From: Epithemia pelagica
Taxonomy: Eukaryota > Protista > Bacillariophyta
Assembly: GCA_946965045.2 (NCBI GenBank)
Contig: OX337237.1
Location: 1,984,001 to 2,048,000, forward strand
Direction of reading: 5' to 3'
Length of the DNA stretch: 64,000 nucleotides
Notes under the pieces: model-generated
What the model was told of the DNA's origin: nothing
Seen by the model: the letters and a program-made list of their open reading frames with translations, nothing else
Database searches by the model: none
Part shown: positions 1 through 13,700 of the stretch, one piece after another
Layout of the letters: each line of letters starts with the position of its first letter
Position numbering within the stretch: the first letter of the stretch is position 1
Program-made: the position numbers and the translations under genes

Positions 1-1456
1 GAGGCATATCGACCAACCAAATTATCCTGTGATTTGGCATCACCTTTAATGGCAATCAAGGGTAAGATCAATTTGACAACACGTTCATGACCGTGTAAAC
101 GGAGTCTCATCCATAATCCTCCTTTCTCATGGATCCGATGAAGGGCTTGGAATAAGACTCTTAGTTGGGAATGATAATTGCGACAGGGTGCTCCTTTGGA
201 TTGTATATGTTTTGCCGCGGATGATTTTCTATCGAGATCAGAGACCAAACCCAATATTATCTGGCGTTCTGGTTTCCTCATTTCAGATAGAGTCAAGAAA
301 GACGGAACCATCACAACAGGTTCTGCCGTGAATCGGCCATCTTGAGTTGCATGAGTCTTGTCTGTGTAACAGACCAAACCAACAACAAAAGCATCTTTGT
401 CACACTTATACTTCTCGACTGTTTTCTGGAATACCATTCCATCCTGGATATTCTCAAGTAGAAGGTTTGGTTCATATGGCTTGTAAGGGTCATCTCTGTC
501 GAGTATTGTATTCACTGGTTTTGACACTTCAGGATCTTGTAGCACTCTTTGCAGCTGATGGATAAAATCAAAAACAACCGTCTTGATGGATTTCTCACTT
601 GATGGAATCAGAGTTCCTTGTTTTTCGGTATATTCCAAAGGAACTGCTATTCGCCCAGGTTTTGGAAAATCACTCAATTTATTCTTTAAAAAACGCGAAA
701 CAACAGTCTCCCGTTTTGGTTGTTTCGTTTCGAAAAAAGACGGACCGCATCGAATATATATCTCTCTAGCCCATGATACAATTTGGTCAAAAAGATAATT
801 CGGACATCCCGCTGAGCGCAGTATCAAAAGAAGCAATGTAAGGGCACGGTCATCCTCTGAAACCACCACGGTATCATGTTCCAAAAACAGTGGAAAATTG
901 ATTGGATTTATCTTTGAATTGAAGTTGATAATAGTTCTCATGTCTCCTGGCATATTACTATTCAGGTTGTTGGTTTTTGCAGGATCTCTCTCTTTCATTG
1001 TCGTCTCTTGCTCTTGGTCTTCCTATGACACATCATGCCTGTCCTGCATGAGTCCATCTTTCCTGCTCCTGTCCTGTATCAAACTATCTTCATCCATGTC
1101 CAAGTTCTCATCGAGTAAGTCTTCATATGTCATTGTTGTTTGAACAATTTCATTGTCAAAATGATAGATACTTTTTCAGCCACTGTCGAGTTCTCACCAA
1201 TATTATATTCAATTTGATCACCATGACCTTCATCAACACCAAGCTCTGTAATATATTGACAAGAACTACCTTCATCCGTTGGATGTGTTGTTCGTGTATT
1301 ACTTTGTTTACCAATCAATGACTGTTTCGATCTATGAAATCCTTCACCACAAAACGTGCAAAAACGATCATACTTCCCGCTATTCGATAATGTATATCTT
1401 GATTGCTCTGGATTCTCATTTGTACCGTGTGGGAGTTGCTTCCTCTTTCTCCCCAT
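1..1456 (-). pseudogene. Degenerate Plavaka-like (CMC/EnSpm-related) DDE transposase, runs off the left edge
   Basis: Manual minus-strand translation gives an open frame from ~1020 to base 1 with LLILRSAGCPNYLFDQIVSW, VVFDFIHQLQRVLQDP, ENIQDGMVF, GLVCYTDKTHATQDGRFTAEP, NYHSQLRVLF, IKGDAKSQDNLVGRY, which resemble Plavaka transposase motifs. The N-terminus is ORF 1130..1456 (FCTFCGEGFH). Frameshift near 1165 and in-frame TAG at 1023-1025. Confidence 0.65.
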
Positions 1457-1890
1457 GGCCGTTCTAAAGTTTTCTTGTTATTCCCTTTGGAATCGAATAC
1501 AATGCAACAACCAACGAAGGTGGACGAAGAAAATAATGACATCAGTGTCGTGCGTACTTAGGTACGTGGTCAACCCTGCTTCCGGGGGAGAAATATTATA
1601 AATATTTCTGGGGGATATAACGGTCGAAAATTTTTTTTCAACACTGGAAAGAAAATTCGTTGCAAGCGTGCAGGTCTAAAACGGGAAACCTGATTTCTCG
1701 GCTGTTGGCAAAATTTCAAACTGAAATAAATACAGAACGATTCCAACCAAAGCAAGTAAAAGAATTTCAAACCATGATACCAACCTAGTCTGAAGACGAT
1801 GTGTTTTGAAACCTGGAACCAGGACTCGTTGTTTCTTTCTAGTTCATTGATTTGGAACAGTGCTCAGGTTACCCATAAAGTGAAAGAAGT

Positions 1891-3821
1891 GTGGACAAAA
1901 AGGCAACGACCGGTAGACGCGTACAGGTGGATCGAGGAGGAAGCAGTGCCCGTCAAAAGGCAATGAGTGACCGCAACCAAGCATACAGAGACAGACGCGA
2001 AAAAGATATAGAGAAACAAGAGAGAGAGGCCAGGCAACGCCAACAGAACCGGGAGAGACAGCAGGCTCAAGATAAGGAAAACCAAGTCGGAAATCAGGCT
2101 AACAATCGTCTCTCGTTATCTGGGCAAAGTACTAATGTTGGAAACGTACAAGAAACTGCATGTGGAGATATTGATAGATCGGTGGAGCAGGGTTCACATG
2201 ACAGTCGATCCAGACCTCTGTTTGGAGACTCCACGATGAATGATAATATGAGAGATGACAGGTTGGGAGACTCCACGCTGAACGATAATATGAGAGACAG
2301 AACAGACACTACAGGTTTGAGAACACAGCCTACAACAATGTCCCAAAGGAACCCCACCAGAGACAATGGTGTGTAATCTATCATTTTTGACAATCGTCAC
2401 ATGGATCATACTCACATACTTGTCCCTCTAATGTACTCAACAGACACAAATCAACAGAGTATGTCTGATATAGCACAACCAGTCGGCACTGAAGTTAGTA
2501 AGTTGTAATGAAATTCCTTTGAAGAAAGGTTGACATTCAAGCCATCGGCAGCTAATGCATGTGGGTGATATGATGGGAACAGGTGGACATGTCGCTCATG
2601 ATGTTTCTTCACTTTCGGATATGTCCTTTACCACAGGTGGATTTTCCAATCGGAGCCATTTTACAGCTGTGACACATTCGACATCAGAATCTCAAAAGGC
2701 AAGAAAAGACTCATCTGCATCTGGTGACATGCCAGTTTCTGAAACAACTTCCTTCAAATGGTTTGCTACCAGGAATTGTTTTAGGGTATGCAAATATTGG
2801 AGTGACGAGGATAACATACCAGATGAGAAAGGGTTATACAAACTTGCAAAGACTTACTTCAAGGAATATTTTCGAAGGAACGGGCTCACTAACAAAAATA
2901 TGAAAGAGACATGGTGGGTTGAATATGTTCCTCGCGTGAAAAGATATTTGGGAGTGAAAAGGTCGAATGTACTTGCCACATTCGCAAGAGCTTTTAAGGG
3001 TAAGACTCGTCCCAATCAGACTGCCATTGTGTTCTTCTTCTTGGCTTACTTGTGTCTCTTCATCTTCTGTAGCCCAAGTCAAGAAGGATATATGGAGATT
3101 TTACAAAGATGGCGTTCTCAAAAACACGTTCCCAACGATGTGCCCAAATGATGAGTATGGTAAAATGCCTTCGTTGGATGAGATGTTGGAAATGAGAGGA
3201 GATGATTGTAATAATAGTGCTTATGCATACATGATCTTGGTGTTTGCTCCAGCTGTCTGCGGAGAGTCAGTGACGAAGGAAGTTTTTGATTTTGACCCTT
3301 CAGACGAAAATATACCAGAAGATGAAAAGAAGAGATGGTGGAAGAAGGCAGCAAAGAAAATTACACCAAGCGACGAGGCATTCATGTTAACAATTCTTGA
3401 GGACAATTGGGATGTGTGGACATCAGAGGCAACCCTTCAGTTGAAATGGTCAATCAAGGCATTAGACCCTGTCTGGTATGGTGAAATGGATGTTGAGAAC
3501 GAACTAGTAAGTGAGCAAATGGATAAATATACATATTCCGGAAGAATGGGTAAAAACAGAAAGATGGATGCAAGAGGGTTGAACAGGTATGAACAACTAC
3601 AAAACAATGTCGTTGAAGACAGGAAGAAAGAGGTAGACAATGAATTTTGGAGATTTCTCAATACAGAGTATTGCAGAGTGATGAACTATGGTAATAAAAG
3701 AAAGGGTGGTAGTACTGTGCAACGGAAGCGGAAGTTATATCTATGTGAGGAGACTGAAGATGAGGAGTCTGTGGATGGGGATGACAATGTGCAAGTGCAA
3801 ACAGTATTAGTGCCAATTTAG
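1891..3821 (+). CDS. Multi-exon hypothetical protein with TPSDEAFMLTILEDNWDVW motif, probable transposon accessory ORF
   Basis: ORFs 1891..2376, 2555..3151 and 2967..3821 join in frame through predicted GT-AG introns 2369-2443, 2494-2551 (less certain) and 3000-3072 (gtaaga...ctgtag, giving AFK-AQVKKDIW). True start uncertain. Confidence 0.55.
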
Positions 3822-4213
3822 GTAGAGGTTTTATGTCAGAATGAAGAATAACATAATTGCCAAAATGCCTGTATGACAAGTCCTAGTATGCAGTGATGAT
3901 GCCCATGAATTGAAAATACTATGACCAAGTGAAAGCACATGTGTTGTTAATATCATGTCAGGGGAAAGTCCATGTGTGGTTTATACTATGACGGTGGAAT
4001 GCTCATATTGTTGTTTGTATAATGCGAACATGATGTGCCTGGGTATGTTCACCAGTATTGACTGTTCATGTCCGTTTGTTGTCTGGTTTCATTCATGGAA
4101 AATGTGCATACCGGTGGTATCAAATGGATGGCAATGTACCCCTTTTATGAAATAAAAATGTGCCAACTTTCGGATAATTAACGCGCCCATTGGGGTAAAT
4201 TATATGTATGAAC

Positions 4214-4280
4214 TGGGGGGCATTTTATGTACAATTGGGGTGCATTTTATGTACAAATGGGGGGTGCATTGGGGGTGCCT
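4214..4280. repeat. Short imperfect G-rich tandem repeats (ggggtgcattttatgtacaa)
   Basis: Two near-full copies plus partial ggggtgcatt copies; possibly a subterminal array. Confidence 0.6.
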
Positions 4281-4759
4281 TATTACCCCCTTAGATGCAG
4301 CACACGATCTTGGAGGGATTACTCCAGCAAGGCGTTCATCCTGGCATCGATGACCGGTCGAAGGGTTGTCATCTGATGGATGGGATCAAGACGACGCGTA
4401 TTTGTCGGATGATTCCCTTCAAGCCAATTTTTCAAGCCAATTTTACAGTGGGAGGGAGAGAAAAACCCCATGGGTGGGTTGGGAGTCGAAGAAGAAGACG
4501 AAGAGGATGATCCTTGTTGTCGTTTGGAGTTCGGAGAACCATCGTCCGAACCACGCGAGCGTTTCTTCTGGGACGATTTTGATTGTTGTGCTTGAAATTT
4601 GGCTTGAAGGGCTGGTGGGAGGGACACAAGACCTGAACGGAGGGACACGAGACCTGAACCTGTCTTGACCGAAAAGAGGATCCAGTTGATCCGTTCTTCA
4701 AGATCAGTAAAACCAATATCCGAGACTGATGAAACGCTGGACAAAGACACACAAAAAAT

Positions 4760-5350
4760 ACTATACTGCATCCGAGGCGACGTACAAGAGACCACCCAAG
4801 ACGCCTACTCCCCAGTCGTCAATTGGGCAATTATACGAAAATGTATGATTATGGCCCTCTGGAAAAACTGGGTAATGGTGTGTATCGACTGCAGCAACGA
4901 GTTCGTCCAAGCTGGGCCAAGTGAGCCAGTCTGGATTCACATCCCACCAGGCTTCAAGTCCACCAGCACAGTGCCTACATGCCTACGACTACTGAAAAGT
5001 CTATATGGACTATCAGTTGCGCCTAGATTATGGTACGAAAGACTAGTTGAAGCTCTGTTGGATGATGGATTCGCCAAAAGTGAGCATGACGTCTGCCTCT
5101 TAATCAAACCCGAGATGCTACTCTTCATCCGGGTCGACGACTGTGGAATTATTGCTTCAAACATGCAGATTGTAGATGATTTTATCCAACGTCTCAAGGA
5201 GAAAGGATTTGAACTGTCCAACGTCTCAAGGAGAAAGGATTTGAACTGTCCAAGGACTCCAACCTCGCTGAGTACCTCGGAGTTGACTTCAAAAGGACGA
5301 ACAATGAAATAACCATGACACAGCCTGGACTCATCAAACGAATCCTGGAG
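4760..5350 (+). pseudogene. pol: Ty1/copia reverse transcriptase fragment
   Basis: ORF 4665..5312 contains RGDVQ..DAYSPVVNW, DCSNEFVQA, IPPGF, LLKSLYGLSVAPRLWY, DVCL, RVDDC. Frameshifted by a 32-bp tandem duplication at 5185-5248. No LTRs seen. Confidence 0.75.
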
Positions 5351-7047
5351 ACGACTCAACTGGTTATGGTTGAACAGAATGATCGTGATGAGCGTTATCC
5401 CAGGAGCGGTGTTTCGGACCATTGTCACTGTCCCTCGCGTGGCAACAACGAAAACCCGTTATTGCGTGAAAGGAAGTAACCGCCCATTCTTCCTGTTGAA
5501 GGACAGTTGTTGTCACAAAAGTGACCTTGTCCTACGGAGGACAACGATACTCCTATGAGTCGGTCAACATTTGCAAAGATGTTGGACACGTCAATGACAT
5601 CAATGGTAACAGAGACGACTCTGGGCTCCCAAGACACTGTCTCTGTGATACCCTAACCTGACCTGCCATGTCTCTCACCTTAGAACACCGTCGATCGCAT
5701 TTTTAATGCATCTTTTAACAGTGCAACGACAGAAGAGACCATAACGGTAGCGATGTGAGGAAGATGCATTTTGTCACCTCGTGAACCTTCTGTCGCATCA
5801 AGTGCTGGCTCCAAAAGGATTGAAAACCCGTACAAGAAGCGATGATGTCATACGACAAACATGAGTCGCCACCCTTGATCGACGTCAAGGGAACCAAGTC
5901 CAGTCCAAGATGACTCAAGCCCCAATAACAAAGTTCTAGCGGGATTTCCAAAATCTATGGTAGTTTCAATGACATGTATGATGTATGATATGTCCCCCTT
6001 CTGTGCTGGGATGATGGGGAGCTGGAGTTGGTGGAGCATTTCTTGTCGCTTCCACATTCTCTGCTTTCTCATGGATTTTGGTGATATTCTCTTTATGAAG
6101 CATCACGGCGTAGTATTTTTGTGCTTGATGACCTGTAGATCTTGGCCAGCTAGTAAAAGAAATTTCTCTACGGTCAATGCCCACGACCTTAGGTGTGCCC
6201 CCATTCATGAGAGGTGGTTCATGGATGCGGTTGTTGGAAAGGATCCACCTCTTCCTGGTGTTCCATTGCTTTAGGGATCGTTGGGAACTTTTGGTTAGCC
6301 TCGGTCGTTGTGGGCCTTTGGTTAGCCGGGATTGCTGCAGGCTTTTGGTTAGCCTTGTCCTCATCAGTAGCCTTGTCGTCATGAAACGTCAACTTCTTCG
6401 ACAGAGGCTTTGGCATTGGCCGTGGGTTCCGAATGTTCCTCCTCCCCCTTCTCACTCGATTCCAATTCAGAAGAGTGGCCTTGTTGTATGAGTGTATCAA
6501 CATGGTGGTGTACTGTAGGTTTTACAGGTGGGACGGAATTTTTGAAACCAGGTAACAGCAGAGGCCAGATAGTCCACTGACATATCTAGACGATCGGCCG
6601 TCTGCCGTCTGCATGAGGTCAAAAGCCATTTTCTTTGATTGGGAAGTCTTCACTTTTAAACCATCCGGGTTCACAATGGTGAGGTATCTCGCATCAAAGA
6701 GGGCTTTTTGGGTGACTGGAACCGTGGAGGAACCGTCGAGTCATTCTTCATTATGTATAGCCTATTGCCACATACAGCAAACCCGTTGAGCTTGAAGTGA
6801 GCCTTATTGGGCGAAATGACAGCGACCGGAGTCGTGACGCTAATGTTCAACAGGTCGAACTTTGGTTCCTCTTTTTGTCCGAAACAGTACATGGGCCGGA
6901 GCAGCGTGTCGATTTTGTTGTGGAATAGTTGCAACAAATTCGACTGCTCATGGGCCAGGGTATGGTACTTGGAGGTTTTTTAATTTCCAAAGCCCAAACA
7001 AGTATCCACCAGGGGTATTCTGATCCGAAGCTGTGGGGAACCACAAA

Positions 7048-7220
7048 TTCTCGTTTCACGGCAGTATAGGTCAGTGGCTTTGGCATGTTTCTCGATTCAC
7101 GGCAGTATAGGTCAGTGGCTTTGGCATGTTTCTCGACTCACGGCGGTATCGGTCAGTGGCTTTGGCATGTTTCTCGATTCACGGCGGTCAAGGTCAGTGG
7201 CTTTGGCATGTTTCTCGATT
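7048..7220. repeat. 41-bp minisatellite, ~4 copies
   Basis: Unit tttctcgattcacggcagtataggtcagtggctttggcatg; tggcatg recurs at 7081, 7122, 7163, 7204. Confidence 0.9.
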
Positions 7221-8333
7221 GAAACCTAAGCACTGCGATGTTGGGGTCTGTGAATCGCCAGTCTTTGTCGTAGTCCGACAAGTAAGCCTCCTCCTCCTCT
7301 TCGGCCTTTTTGGGTGTCTCCTTTTCGGGGACAGGCTTTGCCTCCTTTTTTGTCCCTTTTAGAAGTCGGCTCTTTTTTACTTTGGGCAGAGGGACTTCCT
7401 AAACTGAGTCGTCAGAAAAATGAGTATTCCGAGCCCGAGTCCTCATCCTCCTCTTCTTGGGAGGCTTTTTGGGAATAGGAGAGGGTTCGTCGGGACTCGG
7501 GGGAGGACGCCGATGGGCCTTTCTTTCTGGTTGAACCACCAGGGTTTTTTTGGAGGCGCGGCCTTTGGAGAAGGAGGAGGCTTTCGTATAAGTCCCATGG
7601 TATGTAGAGATCGTTACGAGATACGGGTCGTTGGGGGGACGTAACGAAAGGGAGACAACCGGATCGCCCATTTCTTTTCGACCATGTGGCAAGCTGTTTT
7701 GTCTCCTGGTTCTAGAGGAAAGAGTACGACAGCAAAAAATTTGAGTTCAGGTAGCTTATGACGTGCACTTTGAATGCGATACACGTCCCACTCAACAACT
7801 TTGTAACTCTAAAAAGAAGACACTTTGACATCTTTGTCCTCATCATTGCTGAGTTGGTATGAGATCTGAAATCCGTTGCCAAAGATGTCTGGACCAACAA
7901 AGAGGGTCCCATCATGACTTCGATTCCACATTTGCCCAACAGCATCCCGGTTGACAATGCCAACTTTGAGCAATCCACCAACCAACCTCATCACTGTGGT
8001 CTTCCTTCTTATTCTCTATCATTGTCTTCTTGGTTGTCCTTGTTGCCATCTTCTTTGATGTCGTTGTCTCCTTTGCTGTTGTTGTCTTTTCTTGTGTCTC
8101 TCCTTGTTAACGTCTTCTTGTCCTTCTTCTCCTGTTTTATTTCTCGTCGGCCTACTTTAGTGCTTGTTTTCGGGGGACACGAGACACGATGACTGGTTGT
8201 TGTTTGTTGTTGATCATTGTCTGGTTGGTTGATGTGTCTTGTATTGTTGTATCGCCTGCCGCGCGCAAGCATTGATTCTCCCGCCAACAATGGAGTCGTG
8301 ATTGGAGCCGAATGGATACATTTTCATGTCAGA

Positions 8334-8441
8334 ATGACTGCACCATCACATTTTTTGTTGATTGTTCCACTCACCAGCCACGATCCTATGACTGCACCAT
8401 CACGTTTTTTTGTTGATTCTTGCATTCACCAGCCATGATCC
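8334..8441. repeat. 54-bp tandem duplication
   Basis: atgactgcaccatcac...gatcct at 8334 and 8388 with a few mismatches. Confidence 0.85.
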
Positions 8442-9949
8442 TCATCCACGATGGAGGCAAGGCAGTAGGACCATTGCCATTCGATGAGGGCCATCCTGAA
8501 GCACATAGTAAAAGGAGATGCTCTTGTGCTGAATGGATCGAGTAGTGCGACCCATTCTTTTGCTGTGTCGCCCATGCCATCGTTTTCCGTGGCTCTCACG
8601 CAACTTTGTCTGGAAGGATTCACAGATAAGTGCAATGTCTTTTCTGTCTTCTGTTGGTTTTCAAATGAAAAACTTACGATGATGTTTTTCCAGGAACACT
8701 TTCTGTCGATGGTGAATGGAAACTTGTTTTCCTGGATAAGGACGAGTGTGCTGAGCAGAAGCAAGAGTGTGTTGGACAGAAGCAGAAGAAGGTTGTACCA
8801 GGGTTGTTGAAGCATCACTCTACAGCAGTTCGGGTCATTCAAGAAGAAGAGGATGATAATGATGTCGACGACGACAGCAACAATTGTCCAGATGTGAGAA
8901 GTGGTGATGATGACGATGAAATTAGCAGCGACATTTCGTCAGACGATGGTGTTATCCATACGATGGACCATTGGTCCCAAGAGGTAAGTGCAATGCAAGA
9001 TGATGAGCTCATGAGAGCTTTCCATCTTGCCACCCCCATTGGACGGCTTGGGAAACAGAAGCTAATTGGGGAGGAAAACAAAAAGGGGGAGGATGAAGAT
9101 GCATCAAAGTTCTTTGCTCCGCGTCGATCATCCCAATGCAACAGCACGAAAAACATGATCACATTCTTCTTCGAATAATACCAAACACATGAATAAAGAC
9201 GTGGTTAATAATGTTACTACTGTTGATGTAGCAATTGAGATTCCTCCAACTCAGGACCAACAGATGTCACCACATTTGCTGAATCTGGACTCAACATGCA
9301 CCAACAAGAGTGATATTAAGTATACCTACGACAAAGGAAAGGTCAAACCTACGACAAAGGAAAGGTCAAACTAGGTTATAGACAGACATTCAGGAGAGGG
9401 AGATTCACAAGGATGGTTGAACTCCTGGTTAATGTGGGAGGTTTATACATTGATACCAGTCCTGAGAGGTTTGCTTCTGCTTACTTGGGTCAAAATACCT
9501 CGTGTTGAAAGAGCACCATTGGTGGGGGCATCATGTTAAGGGTGCATGATGAAAAGTGATTCCTTCCAATTCAATAACACTCAAGCATAGCAACATTAAA
9601 ACAAAGATACTTTGTCAGACTACCCATTGGTTGTTACCATTAGAATCTTATGCAAATTTAATCTAAAAGTAGACAGACAGTACATCATTACACAGAACTG
9701 ACTTCCTCCATTACTTGACAGCCATAAACTCTTATTCTCACTACATTTGATTCATAATTTTATAGCAACAACAACATGCTGATCCATTTTGTTCATGACA
9801 TTACGCTCAACATTCTGTGAAGCCCAAGTGATCTTAAGCAGAAAACTACATGATCCCTTACAAGGTGTACATGAGCAGGAGATTGATTAATTGCGTTGAC
9901 TGATTGGGCTTTCGTGTAAAACTTCTCTTTGAGCCTGTCTCAAGAAACT

Positions 9950-10500
9950 GCTGTGTAGAGCCTGGTGGAGTTATGTGAAAGTTGCCCTCTTGATTAATTC
10001 CATAAGAGCCACCACTTCATCGCGATCACTGAGGATTCGTCCGTAGGTTTCTTTGGCTCCAAGATTGTCTTTGAGCAATGGGGGACCCAAGTGTAACCTA
10101 AAAAGTGACAATCGGACGTTCTCGTATAGGATTTTCTTCTCTTCTCTGGCTTTGTACATGAATTCCCACTCTTTAATGGTAATCACATCTCATATAGGAT
10201 TTTCTTCTCTTCTCTGGCTTTGTACATGAATTCCCACTTGTTAATGGTATTCACATCTGTGGTATGGCACAACTGGGGGCGGATCATCCAGACGAAGCCG
10301 CTCCACTGCTTTGTGGAATTGCATGTTCTGCCTCCTCTCAAAATTGGCTACGATAAACCCCATCAGTAGTTCAACATTCTTCCGATAGCGCTTTGTTGAC
10401 TGTGGATCCTCTGGGTAATCAAAGGTGCAGTCTTTGAGCATCGGCTCTTGACCCTGGAGTTTGCTCGAGTTTCCTTGTCCAACCCTGTTCCTTGTACAAT
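9950..10500 (-). pseudogene. gag: Degenerate copia (CoDi-like) gag remnant
   Basis: KLQGQEPMLKDCTFDY..RYRKNVELLMGFI..FHKAVERLRLDDP (end of ORF 10241..11008) followed by YENVRLSLFRLHLG..LKDNLGAKETY..RDEVVALMELIK (9971..10186). Disrupted by a 68-bp duplication at 10125-10260. Confidence 0.55.
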
Positions 10501-11159
10501 GTGTTTGATTGTTGCTACGTCTTGGCCAAGTGTTGACCACAAAGCCCTCACTTTCCGTCTTGCAAAAAAATTGTTGTGTGTACTCTTGAACCACATGAAC
10601 ATTCTTGATCTTGCCATCCCTTTCCAATCCAGCATTGTACCACACTTTATTGAGCAAATCAAGGAGATCCTCCGGAGCCTCAGAAAACATCCTCGAGGTG
10701 TCAACGAGGAACAGAATATACCTTAGATTCCACAGTTTAATTAAACTGCTCATTTGTACACTTTCCATTTCTTCAACAGTATTGTCGGTATCGTTCTCGT
10801 TTGCTGCCACTGCCACAGATGGAGACTTAATCTTCCTAGGTGAATGGTTGGTTGGTGCCGCCGCCACAAGTGACAAAAACTCTGGTATCCATGGGTAATG
10901 TAATATGAAAATGCTGTTCCTTACAACCCCTTGTATAAAGGATCTGGTGATGTGATGCAATTTGCTTGTTCCTGTTTGACTTGAGGGTATTGTATTGTAA
11001 GATTTCACATGAGTTTATTGTTGCGCATGGATTGTTGTTAAACAAAGGATTGGGGTTTCAAGATGGATTGTGGCTCAACCAGGGATTGGGTCGAACAAGG
11101 GATAGGTGTTCAACCAGACGGATTTGGGTTCAACCAGACAGATTGGGTTTTCCACTTCT

Positions 11160-11460
11160 GCTGAGCCATCCTCATGTCCACTTTTGATTCCTTGTAGGTA
11201 GACCTTGAACTTGTTGTCCTCCACTACACAATATCCCTTGAACATGTTGACTACTAAGTCACTCGTATTCTGGCCTCTTGCCTTGAGGCCGACAACTTGA
11301 CTCTGAACATAGGCATTAAATGCCACTGGATCACTTCCATTTTCCCTTATGTACTCGTCTAGGTTTGTCAAGTTAAGTCTGATTGTTGATACTGTTGCAT
11401 TGGAGTCTAAATAGCTCTCTCGCACGATGATCTTGAATAGACAGGCTCCTGCATCCATTC
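11160..11460 (-). pseudogene. gag: CoDi-like copia gag fragment
   Basis: RESYLDSNATVSTIRLNLTNLDEYI..FNAYVQSQVVGLKARG..DLVVNMFKGY..D..F..Y....HEDG, recognised as a diatom copia gag core. Confidence 0.7.
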
Positions 11461-13440
11461 CTTCGACTGTGTACTGTGCTCTCCAGTTCAGGATACGGTG
11501 AGTGAGTTCATCAACAGACTAAATAAAATCTCGGAGTTCTGACTCATTATGTCCTTCTTGTTTAGAATCTCCTTATCATCCCGTGACAAATGTGGCAAAT
11601 CATCCCGTGAAAATACTTGTTGTCAGCTGTTTTTAACAGACAAGGGTTTTTTTTTCATGTTATCCCAATGAAACGAAAATCCGAAGTGAGATTGGTGCCC
11701 CAAGTGCAATCATATACGACATGTCTGGCGAGCAGATGCACCCATGCCTGAAATCCTTCCTGAATGATATGGGAACCACGACGCTGCGTGCATTGGAAGA
11801 GGGCACGCCTTGGTCTAACAAGGTCAAGGCGAGGCCAAGCTTTACATCAAGCTCATGCAGAAAGCTGTGTGAGAAGACACGCCAGACGTGGACTCCCCGC
11901 TTCTCTTCGGAGACTATGGTCTTGAGAGGAGAGTCTTTAAAATGTGGCAGAGGAAGGAAACACATTGTACACCCTCATTTCTTTAGAGAAAGAGTCATCT
12001 GGTGTGTTTTACTAGGGAGAATCTTCTTAGGAGAAAAGTGCTTCTGGTTGTCCCCTACCCCTCAATCTAATTAACTGTAACTGTCGAGAGAAGACTCTGC
12101 AAAACGCTACAAAGAGAAGGGCACTCTTCCGAAGCTCGAACCTAAGAGAGACGAGTTTGAACCCAAGACAATCGTTAGAGACCAAGGCAAGGTTGATCTC
12201 AAACCTGGTCAAACATTTTGCAATTGTTCCGAACAAAGAATATATTATGAAACTGGTTGCCATGGTTACTGATGGCTAGTTTTCTTGGATCCCCAACAAG
12301 GAACCCAGCTACTCCGGCAGCCAATCTGGAGCAGCGCATGGACCAACTCCGAGACAACACAGAAACGTTGGAAGCCAAGATTGGGCTAGATGATGCCCAA
12401 GACCATTCGGACTGCCCTCTTCCTATTAACAGTAGCTGAGGAAACCAAACGTGTGAACACAGATCAGAAGAATATGGTAAAGAGGACAAAGTCAAAGACG
12501 TTTAGCCCATATAAATTGAAGAAGGTAACGAACACCAGTCATATGGAGAAAATCCCATTAATACGTGATTCGCCACCAATGTGCAAGCATATGAGACTAT
12601 GAATCAGGATTGATCTGAACATGAGCGTACCAGACGACAGTGTCAATCGTGAGTCATAATCAACACAACAACTACTTAACAGATATTATCAACAGACTTG
12701 ACGACAATCATTTGCACTACATAGAATCAAACGACACCACACAGAACTTTAAGACCACACCACCTTCAAATCTATCTCCACTGACTACACAGACTACTGA
12801 ACAGCACAACAACAATATAAGACGATAACAACAACATGACACGAACAACAGGAGAATTTTGTCAAAAGCTCACCCCCCGTTCTCCTTCCTGTGGTGCCTC
12901 ACTAAAGCCGACTTGGCATATATAGGGTTCATCCTATGCAAAACAATGCGAGCCACTAAGATTGTTGACGACTCAGATCATCCCAACGCCCCGTGCCCCA
13001 TAAATCTCTTCGAGTTCATTGTTTTGATTATTGACTTTTGGGCAACTATTACAATGGCCAGGAACGCCTCCCCTACAATCATGATATGCAAAATGGAAAC
13101 AATCATAAGTGTTAGATGGTATACCATATGGGAAATAGTAATAATATATTTCTTTTTGATCTTCAAAAGCCCACAACGATCTTCAAAAGCCCACAATGAT
13201 ATATATGGGAAATAAACTAAGAGACACAACAATTCGAGACACAATAATTCCATAAATCACTCTAGGAGGAAACAAGACATTGTTGTGCAGATAGAATAGA
13301 AGATTGTATAGACCTACATTCATTTTATCCTCTCCATTCATTTCATCCTCTCCAAGATATCACAGGGACAGCCATTTTTTATTTCCTTGATTGTTTTCTT
13401 GTGGACTTGTTTCCGAGACCATTTAGGTTCTTTTTGAGTT

Positions 13441-13700
13441 ATGGGCAACGAACAAACCTGGCACCTCTTCCATTTTGGGGCTCCCATTGTAGGCCACTAC
13501 TCTTGGAGCCACTATGCTGTTCCTGTGTGCAACCTCCTCGACAATTACCCTGCTGGCTTCCAGGAAAATCTTCCCGAGATCGTCGAAAAGTTCAAAAAAG
13601 AGGAGCAACTCAGTTACCATCTGTTCCTCCCACGTACCATCTAGCGCTTCCTCCCAGTCGCGCTCGAACCTCATCAAATTGGCAACATAGGCCGCTTCTG
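13441..13700 (+). pseudogene. Possible DIRS/Ngaro-like (tyrosine-recombinase retrotransposon) RT N-terminal fragment
   Basis: FHFGAP...LLDNYPAGFQENLPEIVEKFKKEEQLSYHLFLPRTI*RFLP resembles the NH..(K)E...P..F segment upstream of DIRS-type RT. Pattern recognition only. Confidence 0.4.

Noticed and set aside
4190-4295. G/C-rich block as the Plavaka TIR or a solo LTR start
   Set aside because: No partner terminus or TSD is visible in the window, and both readings remain possible.
5690-6950. Short ORFs as a protease or gag fragment
   Set aside because: Only a weak WIL-type resemblance with multiple frame breaks; cannot be supported.
7048-7220. 41-bp and 29-bp (24322-24494) arrays as CRISPR
   Set aside because: Units are contiguous with no unique spacers, there are no cas genes, and the context is eukaryotic.
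7399-9530. Basic and acidic low-complexity ORFs as host genes
   Set aside because: No recognisable domain or consistent exon chain; probably decayed sequence.
11700-11960. Highly decayed copia RT
   Set aside because: Only a faint resemblance with several stops; too weak to list.
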